Part shown: piece after piece, positions 53,744 through 61,640 of the stretch
How positions within the stretch are numbered: position 1 is the stretch's first letter
Layout of the letters: the number at the start of each line of letters is the position of its first letter
Virus record (IMG/VR): IMGVR_UViG_3300029438_000229
Span: 1 to 64,000 of that record
Length of the DNA stretch: 64,000 bases
Strand: one strand, 5' to 3'
Source: a virus
The notes under the pieces: generated by a model
Databases searched by the model: none
Told to the model about the DNA's origin: nothing
What the model saw: the letters and a program-made list of their open reading frames with translations, nothing else
Translations under genes and position numbers: made by a program

Positions 53744-53908
53744 AGACCCACGCTTTGTGCGCATCTTGTGTATGGATTGCAACAAGCCGATGCAACCCCA
53801 ATAATAGCAAGCTCCGGGAGCAATACAGCCCCCGGAGCTTATTTGATGTCACCTTTTAAAAAAGATTATTTAGATTGTGCGGCAGACACCTTGAACAAAA
53901 CCAGCCTG

Positions 53909-53970
53909 TCGGAACAATGCATCGGAACAATGTCGATTTGGTTTTGATATTGTTCCGCATATCGTTCCGA
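53909..53970. repeat. Composite inverted repeat built from four CGGAACAAT-type half-sites
   Basis: TCGGAACAATG twice in tandem (53909-19 and 53922-32) faces ATTGTTCCG (53949-57) and ATCGTTCCGA (53961-70). Confidence 0.7.
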
Positions 53971-53984
53971 GCCTATCCCCCACA

Positions 53985-54025
53985 AACAAAAAAGCCCTGC
54001 ACACACCAAAGCAGCATGTGCAGGG
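53985..54025 (-). terminator. Intrinsic terminator
   Basis: CCCTGCACA-tgctgctttgg-TGTGTGCAGGG followed by CTTTTTTGTTTG (minus strand). Confidence 0.65.
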
Positions 54026-54033
54026 TCATTCTT

Positions 54034-54666
54034 TTATCCGAGAGGCCTCTCCAACACTTCAAGGATGTAGGTGAAGAAATAGAACGCGAGGTTTCCGATT
54101 TTATCGGAGTCGTGCTCGACATTTGCCATGATACGGCTCAAAGACCCGTTTTTCAGGGACTTCATGGCAGCATAGACGAGCAGATAGATGTTTACATAGG
54201 TCATCTGCTCCTTGGGCTTGTAGCCCTCGAACGCTTTCAGCTGGCACTCTCTGGAAATCTTCTGAGCCAGCGAATACCAGCTGCGCAGATAAAACTGTCC
54301 TCCCTCTTGGTTCATCTCCTGCTGTACTCGGACCTGATATTTCGGATAGTTGTTGTTGACGACCTCGGCGAACTCCGTATCCTTGAACTTATTCTGGTGA
54401 TAATACAGCCACAGAGTCGAGTTTGCCAAGTCCATGCATGCTGCAGCCAGAAGCTGCGCCTTGTCATCTTCCAGCGGCACAGTATGCGTCACAGACTCCT
54501 CTAAAGGCTTGCCGTTGAACAAGTCTACATGCTTATAGGAATCCTTGTCAGCCTTAACTGTTGTATCGATGAATTCCTTAAAATCCTCGACCAGTGCCAC
54601 ATACGCCTGATACTGAATATCTTCAGTAGAATCCTGAGTATCTTCAACGAAATTTTGCTCGTTCAT
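54034..54666 (-). CDS. Hypothetical protein (210 aa)
   Basis: GAAAGGAAAG upstream of the ATG. Confidence 0.6.
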   Translation of the reverse strand: MNEQNFVEDTQDSTEDIQYQAYVALVEDFKEFIDTTVKADKDSYKHVDLFNGKPLEESVTHTVPLEDDKAQLLAAACMDLANSTLWLYYHQNKFKDTEFAEVVNNNYPKYQVRVQQEMNQEGGQFYLRSWYSLAQKISRECQLKAFEGYKPKEQMTYVNIYLLVYAAMKSLKNGSLSRIMANVEHDSDKIGNLAFYFFTYILEVLERPLG

Positions 54667-54728
54667 AGTCTTTCCTTTCTCTGTTCGGCAGTCGTTTTCA
54701 GCGGTAATATCGCTTGCCTGTATACTTC

Positions 54729-54756
54729 ATAGTACGCAATTCGCACGAATGGGCAA
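54729..54756 (-). promoter_or_regulatory. GCGAA-spacer promoter
   Basis: TTGCCC-attcgtGCGAAttgcg-TACTAT with a 16-nt spacer. Confidence 0.6.
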
Positions 54757-54770
54757 CAATTTTTGCGAAA

Positions 54771-54800
54771 TAAAAAGGCAGGCTCCGGAAAGAACCTGCC
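54771..54800 (-). terminator. Intrinsic terminator
   Basis: GGCAGGTTC-tttcc-GGAGCCTGCC followed by TTTTTATTT (minus strand). Confidence 0.6.
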
Positions 54801-54807
54801 TATCGCA

Positions 54808-56973
54808 TTAAAGATTAAAGATGCCCAGCCAGCGCCGAAACTTGATGCCGAACAATTCCTGTGCCTGCTCGTAGTTCATGATAAGCTGGTTGCCGCCAGA
54901 AATCTCTGCTTCGAGGGAGTTCGGCAGCTCGTCTGCAATGTATTTCAGTTCGTACCAGGGTCCATCCTGCGGGTAGGTATAAATGAGCCGGTTCTGCTTC
55001 TTATCCACCCGGAACTTGCTCGGGTCTGCCTGCCATGCCAGTTCGATTTTCTCAATCGCAGCACGGCCAATGCTCTCATCACCCATGTAGTCGTTGTAAT
55101 ACAGGATGCGCACATAGTCCGGCAAATCGATTCCGCAAGCCTCGAAGATATCTGCAATGACACTGGACGAAGCGTGGAAGATATCCGGGAAGTATTCCTT
55201 GCCATTCGCATTTTCACGCATTTCCGTCGTCATCTCATCGATGCTAACAAGCATTCGGCGGACATACTCCCCATAGAACGCGGTAGTCAGCTCCGACATA
55301 CTCTCATTCACACGCTTCGAGTTCTTGGCACCGCGCTCGTTGTCGATTTTAGCACCGATTCGACAGATGATAGCGCGTTTCGAGAGGTCTTTCGTCAACG
55401 AAGTGATTTTATTGGATGTGATAGATACAGCAGGATAGTTCACGAGCCTATCAGAGATTCCCCATTCATCGTTCTTGATTACCCGTTCTGAATGGTTCTG
55501 GAACTGGGTCTTGGCGAGGTCGTCGATGTTCAGCGGCAGTCCCTCACATACTCGTTTGAGGCCATCGATTCTTGTGGCTGTAAAATCCTCCGTTGTGTTC
55601 ATCTTGACGGTCTCGCCGCACATGAGTTTGACAAGAAATTTTATAAAGGTCGTCTTGCCGCCGTTTGAGTCGCCGTATATAACGCCATACATCGGGAACA
55701 GTTTGGTGTCGTAATTGTTCCTTGATGCAAAATACCGTAGATACGCCATGAACGGAGTAGCCAGATACCAGGTCATGTACTTAAAGTAGTCTTTCTTAGC
55801 CTGCTCGACATCGCCGTAAAAGTAGTCCATGCCTGAGAAGAACTTCTGGATGCTCTTGATGTTCTTTGCCACCTCGCTGAGATTCGGATTGAGGTCGATA
55901 TTCTCGTCGTTGAAGGTCATGGTCCCTGCATCATAGTCGATATGCAGTTTCGGAAGCTGCTTAACAGCCTCAGCTGCTACACGCCGAACCTCGGTATATC
56001 GTTTCGTAAAAACACGCATCGGTTCCGCTGCCACCACAATACGATTCGCCTGTACCGGCATCTTAGGCATAATCGGCTTGACGAGCTCCTGCATCTTCTT
56101 GACATCGGCGACTATTTCGTATTCTACCTCGTCCTCAGGTTGCGCCTGTTCCAAAAAGATAAGCTTCTGCTTTTCAATGGATTGGAAGACGGGCACTTCT
56201 TTGATGTTCTCTTTCAGATAATCTTCCTGATTCATGGTGTTCACGACTGCCTTATACGAAACGTTGTCGGAGCAGGTCTCCTTGAAGGTCTCGAACAGAG
56301 CCTTATAATGCGAAAATGCCGCCTCGTCATCGAAGCAAACGATATTCTCTCGCTGGATGCCGCAAAACGCCGATGCCGACATATTCGCACTGCCAGTGAT
56401 GACTCGGACCCGCTTACGGTCAGCGCTCTCCAAGATGAAGATTTTCTCGTGCGATTTCGTGTCCCGCGATACATACAGTTGTAAGGACCCGTCATCGAGG
56501 CGGTTCGCAAGGATTCCTGCCGACTTAGACTTAGCGAGCTGCTGCACGCTGTCGATTTGCACCGACATGATGGCAGCGATGTCGGTGGCGATGATTTTCT
56601 CGCATCCGAACACGACTTCCGCATACGAGAACTTGTTGATGACCTTATTCACGAACTCGATTCCGGACGAAAAAGTGATAGCATAGAGTCTGTCGAACCC
56701 GTCAAACAACTCTTCCCAATTCGTTTCGACCGTATCGGCATATATCGCCTTCACAACACTCAGCGCCTGCGTGGAGATGCTCGCCTTTGCCTTCGTGGTA
56801 TTGTTCGCCACGAGTTTGAATGGTTTATCCGTCTGCCCTTCACTGTCCCCTGTATCTTCACCGGGGTCCAAGAGTTCTTCCGGGCCTTCTTCGGTATATT
56901 CGGGGCTTTCCGATGCCATCATGTCCATGAGCGACATCTGATTTTCCAAGTCGTTTGCTTTCCTTCGTGCCAT
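54808..56973 (-). CDS. PLD-family (NgoFVII/BfiI-like) nuclease domain fused to a P-loop NTPase (SF3/D5-like)
   Basis: HxK..(x)n..GSxN motif SHEKIFILESADRKRVRVITGSANMS. Walker A YGDSNGGKTTF and Walker B-like LPLNIDDL. AGGAAGGA upstream of the ATG. Confidence 0.75.
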   Translation of the reverse strand: MARRKANDLENQMSLMDMMASESPEYTEEGPEELLDPGEDTGDSEGQTDKPFKLVANNTTKAKASISTQALSVVKAIYADTVETNWEELFDGFDRLYAITFSSGIEFVNKVINKFSYAEVVFGCEKIIATDIAAIMSVQIDSVQQLAKSKSAGILANRLDDGSLQLYVSRDTKSHEKIFILESADRKRVRVITGSANMSASAFCGIQRENIVCFDDEAAFSHYKALFETFKETCSDNVSYKAVVNTMNQEDYLKENIKEVPVFQSIEKQKLIFLEQAQPEDEVEYEIVADVKKMQELVKPIMPKMPVQANRIVVAAEPMRVFTKRYTEVRRVAAEAVKQLPKLHIDYDAGTMTFNDENIDLNPNLSEVAKNIKSIQKFFSGMDYFYGDVEQAKKDYFKYMTWYLATPFMAYLRYFASRNNYDTKLFPMYGVIYGDSNGGKTTFIKFLVKLMCGETVKMNTTEDFTATRIDGLKRVCEGLPLNIDDLAKTQFQNHSERVIKNDEWGISDRLVNYPAVSITSNKITSLTKDLSKRAIICRIGAKIDNERGAKNSKRVNESMSELTTAFYGEYVRRMLVSIDEMTTEMRENANGKEYFPDIFHASSSVIADIFEACGIDLPDYVRILYYNDYMGDESIGRAAIEKIELAWQADPSKFRVDKKQNRLIYTYPQDGPWYELKYIADELPNSLEAEISGGNQLIMNYEQAQELFGIKFRRWLGIFNL

Positions 56974-57314
56974 TTTGTGTCTATCCTTCCTAAACAGATT
57001 TGGGTCATTTCTTTTGGTCGGGTATATAAGCGAGCAGTTACGTTTTTAGCAACTAATCATTCATGTTTTTTTGCTTTTTCGGTTAAATCTGATTTTAGGT
57101 ATTCCTAGTTTCATTCTACCACTTTAGCTGTCCCATTGTTCGGACTTCAAACTACTCGGTGCAAGTTTTATCCGCCTCAGCCGGATTTTATTCGTCTTTT
57201 CTTGTATCCTCTTCGCGTTTCGTTTAATTTCGTGTTGTTCCGTGAATACCAAAAACAGCAGCCATATTTATTGCAAATACATCCTTGCATCGCTCTTTTT
57301 GTTCTCCAATTCCC

Positions 57315-57342
57315 ATTGTATGCAATTCGCACGGCTGTGCAA
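57315..57342 (-). promoter_or_regulatory. GCGAA-spacer promoter with a ~340-nt leader
   Basis: TTGCAC-agccgtGCGAAttgca-TACAAT with a 16-nt spacer. Confidence 0.65.
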
Positions 57343-57347
57343 CTGCC

Positions 57348-57398
57348 CGTAGAATATCAAATTGCCGGAAATCATACCGCAGAATATCAAACTGCTGG
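57348..57398. repeat. Two 21-nt direct repeats immediately upstream of the -35
   Basis: CGTAGAATATCAAATTGCCGG (57348-68) and CGCAGAATATCAAACTGCTGG (57378-98), with a 30-nt period. Confidence 0.7.
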
Positions 57399-57436
57399 TA
57401 AAATCAGCTTGCTATTCCCTCAGATTTCTGTATTTA

Positions 57437-57473
57437 CAAAATATAAAGCCGTCCACCAGAAAAGGTGAACGGC
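57437..57473 (-). terminator. Intrinsic terminator
   Basis: GCCGTTCACC-ttttct-GGTGGACGGC followed by TTTATATTTTG (minus strand). Confidence 0.6.
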
Positions 57474-57490
57474 ATGTATTTTGTAGGGGG

Positions 57491-57700
57491 TTATGCTTGA
57501 ACTGCTTCTGCTTTCTTTCCGTTGTACAAGGCGGCGACCATATCGACCGCCTCATCCATCGAGCGACACTGGTAGCTGATGACAGTGCCGTTTCCGACCA
57601 ACATGTTCCCGCTACGCCAGAATGCCTTGGAGTCTGTTGTGTAAATGATGCTGCTTTCCACGCGCAGTTCTACGCCGCTGTTCGTCATGACCGTTTCCAT
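57491..57700 (-). CDS. Small protein, paralogue 1 of 3 (69 aa)
   Basis: GGGAGG upstream of the ATG. Shares the pattern ..SGV.L......I.ASD...Y...G.....G..ISY.C.S.DEA...V..LY.G with the next two ORFs. Confidence 0.55.
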   Translation of the reverse strand: METVMTNSGVELRVESSIIYTTDSKAFWRSGNMLVGNGTVISYQCRSMDEAVDMVAALYNGKKAEAVQA

Positions 57701-57711
57701 AGTGTACCTCC

Positions 57712-57903
57712 CTAAAACCTTCTACCGCCGTACAGCCCCACGACCGTACCCAGCGCTTCGTCTTTCGATTGGCAGTTGTAGCTGATGATTTTGCCGCTGC
57801 AGGTCAGCATCCTGCCGCAGAGGTTGTAGGTCTTGCCGTCCGATGCAATCAGGAGATTACCGCAGCAATTCACCGTCACGCCTGATTTCGTATACACTAC
57901 CAT
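57712..57903 (-). CDS. Small protein, paralogue 2 of 3 (63 aa)
   Basis: I chose the ATG at 57903 (MVVYTKSGVTV..) by alignment with the paralogues. Confidence 0.45.
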   Translation of the reverse strand: MVVYTKSGVTVNCCGNLLIASDGKTYNLCGRMLTCSGKIISYNCQSKDEALGTVVGLYGGRRF

Positions 57904-58142
57904 GCTCTTACCGCCTTTATTGGTTTTGTTTGTCTTGCGCTGTTTCCCTTTAGCCCGCCGTACTTTGCCAAGACGAGGCACAGGGCGTCTCGAATAGTCT
58001 CGGCATGCCCATAGACATGCCCATCGTCACCAATGACTTTTGCCCCTTGCAGCCAGTAGGATGTATCGTCCGAGGCAAAGACCGTGTTGCCATTGAGGAC
58101 CAGCGTTACGCCTGATGCAGTTTCGATTTTTGCTATGCTCAT
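57897..58142 (-). CDS. Small protein, paralogue 3 of 3 (81 aa)
   Basis: MSIAKIETASGVTLVLNGNTVFASDDTSYWLQG... Confidence 0.5.
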   Translation of the reverse strand: MSIAKIETASGVTLVLNGNTVFASDDTSYWLQGAKVIGDDGHVYGHAETIRDALCLVLAKYGGLKGNSARQTKPIKAVRAW

Positions 58143-58276
58143 ATTCGTTCTGCCGCTTTCCTGTGCCGTTCTTCGATTTTGTACTGTTTGTCAGTAGTAT
58201 TATTATTAACTGCGCGAGCATGTTCAATAGATTCAATGCAGGCTTTTTCTGCATCTTCTCGTGAATAAAGTGGCAT
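58139..58276 (-). CDS. Small protein (45 aa), below the ORF-track cutoff
   Basis: AAAGGAGGAA upstream of the ATG. ATGA overlap with the downstream paralogue gene. Confidence 0.45.
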   Translation of the reverse strand: MPLYSREDAEKACIESIEHARAVNNNTTDKQYKIEERHRKAAERI

Positions 58277-58304
58277 AGCTGTTTCCTCCTTTCAATTTGT
58301 TCTC

Positions 58305-58649
58305 TTATCTTCCGTGCGCTGCATACCAAGCATAGAAACCATCGTATTGTTCACATCCCGGTCTGCCTTCGCTTAGGCTTGACGGAGCCTGCAGATGGCT
58401 GTGTCGTCCCGCGTTTAAGCCGTTACCGTAGGCTTTTTTCACTGCTTCTTTGCGTTTTTCAGAAAATTCTCGCTCTTCTCGTTCGTTTTCTTGGAATGCT
58501 TCTGCAAACGCCTTGTACAAGTCGTAGGTCTCTTTGTCGGGGTTAAACGGTGCGGTTCTGTAGTATTCTGTTACGAACCACTTCTTACCGTCGATGCTAG
58601 TCAGATAAAATCTGGTATTTGGAATCGGAATACTTCCCATCATAGTCAT
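58305..58649 (-). CDS. Hypothetical protein (114 aa)
   Basis: ATGA overlap with the upstream interrupted ORF. Confidence 0.5.
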   Translation of the reverse strand: MTMMGSIPIPNTRFYLTSIDGKKWFVTEYYRTAPFNPDKETYDLYKAFAEAFQENEREEREFSEKRKEAVKKAYGNGLNAGRHSHLQAPSSLSEGRPGCEQYDGFYAWYAAHGR

Positions 58650-59014
58650 TCACACATCAGCCATTCGTTTAATTCATGGAGAATTTCATCCGCATCTCGA
58701 AAACCACCTGACCCGTGATATTGGTTCTGTTCCCGCTCATCCTCCAACGTTTTTACCGTGGCGAGCAGCTTATCTTCTCTGCCTTTCGCTTCGCCTCTGG
58801 CAAAAGCTGCTTTTTCAGCTTCGCCAATGCGCTGGTATCTGCTCTTTCGTTCCTTTTCGATATAAAGCAGGCCATTGGCTACTGCATCAAGGAACGCTTA
58901 CATCTCAGGTTCCGGGATAGGTTCTTGGCTTTCTCTGCTTTTGGATATACAGCAAAAGCCCTCATCGTCGTAATGGATGAAATAGGGAGAGTTCGGGACC
59001 TGTTGTACTCGCAT
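58646..59014 (-). pseudogene. ORF interrupted by one in-frame TAA (38 + 83 codons)
   Basis: GGAAGGAGGAAG upstream of the ATG at 59014. TAA at 58898-58900. The same frame stays open to a TGA that overlaps the next start. The downstream part has no start codon of its own. Confidence 0.4.
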
Positions 59015-59133
59015 AGGGCACTTCCTCCTTCCGTCTCAAAGACAATTTGCCGGGACTGTTTCCCGTTGCCCGCTGCTCGCCGCGTGGAGGCTGTCTTTTG
59101 GAACAGCTGCGCGGACAAAACCGCGCTTTTGAG

Positions 59134-60828
59134 TTACATCTCTGCATTGAACAGATTGCGGAGCTTATAGGTAATATCCTCGCTGTTACCGACGATAGCT
59201 GCCGCCTCGTTGATGGAAGCGAGCTCCGAAAGACTATCCGCTGCGTAGTTGTAGCTGATGGTGTAAATGGGGATATCCATACCGGCAATGATGTTCTTCG
59301 TATCGGAGAAGTCATATCCGGTATTGTTGTCACCGTCCGTGAGCACAAAGATGATGGGCGTGCAATTCCCACCCAGTTCCTGAGATTTCTGGTAGATGCG
59401 GTCCATTGCCACACAAAGACCGTTGTACATCGCTGTGCTGCCGTTTGCATCGAGGGAGTTCACAGCACCCTTGTACAGGGTTTTCTGGGTCAGGGAGAAC
59501 TGGTCGATGGGCAGGTATTCCCTGACATCCGAATCAAAGCCAATAATGCCAATATAGTTGTCGTCATTGATATACTGGATGGTGTTTATCATCGCGGTTT
59601 TCAGGGCATTCAGGGGTTCGCCGCGCATCGAGCCTGAAGTATCGACAACGAACTCCGCCACGATAGGAATACCGGAATCTTTCTCTTCTTTCCAGACACT
59701 TTGAGCCTGTGCGATGGTGTTGCCGTCATATACCTTGCCAGTATAAGCATAGTCATCGAGGCCATTGAACCCGTCCTTCGTTGCCTCGGCCTGGTTCTGA
59801 GCGCAGAAGGAAACGAAGGCAGCAATAACTTCCTTCTTCTCCGCAGAGACATTCCCGATGGAATACAGAGGATTATCGTGCCGGACACCGAACGGGATGA
59901 ACTCGTAGTTGCGCTGTAATGTCGGGTCATTCTGGTAGGACTGATACTCCATCACGACACCGTCCACGATGCCCTTGTCTGCCGACTGGACCATCTGCTG
60001 GGTCGTGAAGGATACGAGCGGCACGTTCGCCTGAAATTTCTGGAAATTCTCAACAGCAGCCGTATCGACAATCGTGTCGCTGCCGCTGCTTGCAAGGGCC
60101 GCAAGAAGGAAGTTGAGACCCGTTGCACTCGTATAAGGGTTCGAGTATCCCATCATGAGTTTGCCATCGATGGTTGCGTTCAGAACGGAAGAAACAGACG
60201 CTTCACCGTATTCAGAGCGGAGCATATCCCCTGTCTTCTTCGATACGAGAATACCCGCCACATTGCCGGCCAGACGGTCAGCCTCAACGGTCAACTCTAC
60301 GCCCTCGTTCTTCACCAGTTCGCCAAAGAGCGTGTTTGAAGGTGTATAGCACTCAGGCTGATACTTTCCCGTCGAGATGTACTCAGCTGCCGTACCGGAC
60401 GGAACGGAGCGCAGAGAGACGCTCATAGTCTTGTCTCCGGAAGTCTTATTGTGCTGGGCGTTGAACTTCTTTGCCATGCTGGTCAGGAAAGAATCAGAAC
60501 CGGATTCTGCTGCTTTCTCGCCGGAAGAGAAGATTTCAATGTTGACATCACCGTTCCCCTCTACCACAAACGGGTAGGAGGAGTCGATATCCGGCAACTC
60601 ATCTTTTGCATCCAGAAATTCGGACACATCGAGCTGCTGCGGATTGACGGATACTTCCTGTACCCCGATGCGTTTCATTTTTCCGCTCAAATCCGCATAC
60701 GCCTGTTCTGTCGTCATGGTATTGGTGCTGATATTCGAGTCCCGCATCACCGTCTGGGAGAACACCGCCAATACTACGCCGACGACCGCCAAGGTCGCCA
60801 CTATCGGGAACACACCTTTTCTTGCCAT
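59134..60828 (-). CDS. Membrane-anchored extracellular protein with C-terminal von Willebrand factor A domain
   Basis: N-terminal TM helix. MIDAS VVDTSGSM....FVLTDGDNN. GGAGG 9 nt upstream of the ATG at 60828. Confidence 0.8.
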   Translation of the reverse strand: MARKGVFPIVATLAVVGVVLAVFSQTVMRDSNISTNTMTTEQAYADLSGKMKRIGVQEVSVNPQQLDVSEFLDAKDELPDIDSSYPFVVEGNGDVNIEIFSSGEKAAESGSDSFLTSMAKKFNAQHNKTSGDKTMSVSLRSVPSGTAAEYISTGKYQPECYTPSNTLFGELVKNEGVELTVEADRLAGNVAGILVSKKTGDMLRSEYGEASVSSVLNATIDGKLMMGYSNPYTSATGLNFLLAALASSGSDTIVDTAAVENFQKFQANVPLVSFTTQQMVQSADKGIVDGVVMEYQSYQNDPTLQRNYEFIPFGVRHDNPLYSIGNVSAEKKEVIAAFVSFCAQNQAEATKDGFNGLDDYAYTGKVYDGNTIAQAQSVWKEEKDSGIPIVAEFVVDTSGSMRGEPLNALKTAMINTIQYINDDNYIGIIGFDSDVREYLPIDQFSLTQKTLYKGAVNSLDANGSTAMYNGLCVAMDRIYQKSQELGGNCTPIIFVLTDGDNNTGYDFSDTKNIIAGMDIPIYTISYNYAADSLSELASINEAAAIVGNSEDITYKLRNLFNAEM

Positions 60829-60830
60829 GG

Positions 60831-61631
60831 TCAATTACCTCCATTCAAAGTGTCATATCGTTTCAAAGCCTCTCGGCTGATTTCCTCGTCCTGTTCAAGG
60901 TCTTGATTCGTCTTAGTGATGACATCATCGAGTCTTGACATTGCCAGGACCACATCGGTATCCCACGGATTCTGTGCTGAGCGCTGATTGAGTGCATAGG
61001 CAAGAGAATCTAAGCGCAGGATAAGACGCTCATTATCATGGACCACATTGTTTATCGTCTTGATGATACCGGCGTATATCTCCTGCTTCTTTTTAGCGGT
61101 ATCGGTATCTCCGAACGAGATAATGCCTTGTTGGAAAGCTTTGTATTCTGTCTCATCGAACATCGATGCCGAGCGGATAGCGTCATCCAGCCGGTCATAG
61201 AATATTCGTTCTGCCGATGCCAACAGCGTTAGGCACTTCGCCTGCTCTCCAGAAGTCTTGCTGTCCTGTGTCATGCTGTATGCTACCGCCATCTTCTGCC
61301 CGAACCGCATGACCTGATACAGCATCTGGTCGGCATTGTCTGAGAACACGGCTTTCGTTTTTACGGTCGCGTTAATTTTCTCCGCATAGACTTCTTCTCG
61401 GTTTTCTGGCTTATCTTGCGCAGGCTTTTCCGATTCCCGCCGCTTCTCCCTGTATCTGAATACAAAGTACCCGCACAGGAGCAAAAACAGCACTGGTGCC
61501 GCGTATTTTGCCAGAAGCACAAAGAACAGCGGTGCGCCGTGCATATACTCAATCGCATAGTAGGTATGGATATACGCCTCGACCATATACACGGCAGCTG
61601 CTGCTATGATAAGTACGCATATACAAAACAT
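60831..61631 (-). CDS. Membrane protein with helical cytoplasmic domain (266 aa)
   Basis: Two N-terminal TM helices followed by a helical region. Confidence 0.6.
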   Translation of the reverse strand: MFCICVLIIAAAAVYMVEAYIHTYYAIEYMHGAPLFFVLLAKYAAPVLFLLLCGYFVFRYREKRRESEKPAQDKPENREEVYAEKINATVKTKAVFSDNADQMLYQVMRFGQKMAVAYSMTQDSKTSGEQAKCLTLLASAERIFYDRLDDAIRSASMFDETEYKAFQQGIISFGDTDTAKKKQEIYAGIIKTINNVVHDNERLILRLDSLAYALNQRSAQNPWDTDVVLAMSRLDDVITKTNQDLEQDEEISREALKRYDTLNGGN

Positions 61632-61640
61632 CTCTGCCCC

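Noticed and set aside
53234-53947. 237-aa plus-strand ORF and 137-aa minus-strand ORF (53410-53823) in the repeat hub
   Set aside because: Neither has an SD. Both span a promoter, repeats and hairpins and are Cys/Arg/Phe-rich. They are better explained as non-coding repeat DNA.
58898-58900. Stop-codon reassignment (alternative genetic code) as the explanation for the in-frame TAA
   Set aside because: This is a single instance only. TAA, TGA and TAG all terminate motif-complete genes elsewhere in the window, and no long ORFs are restored by recoding.
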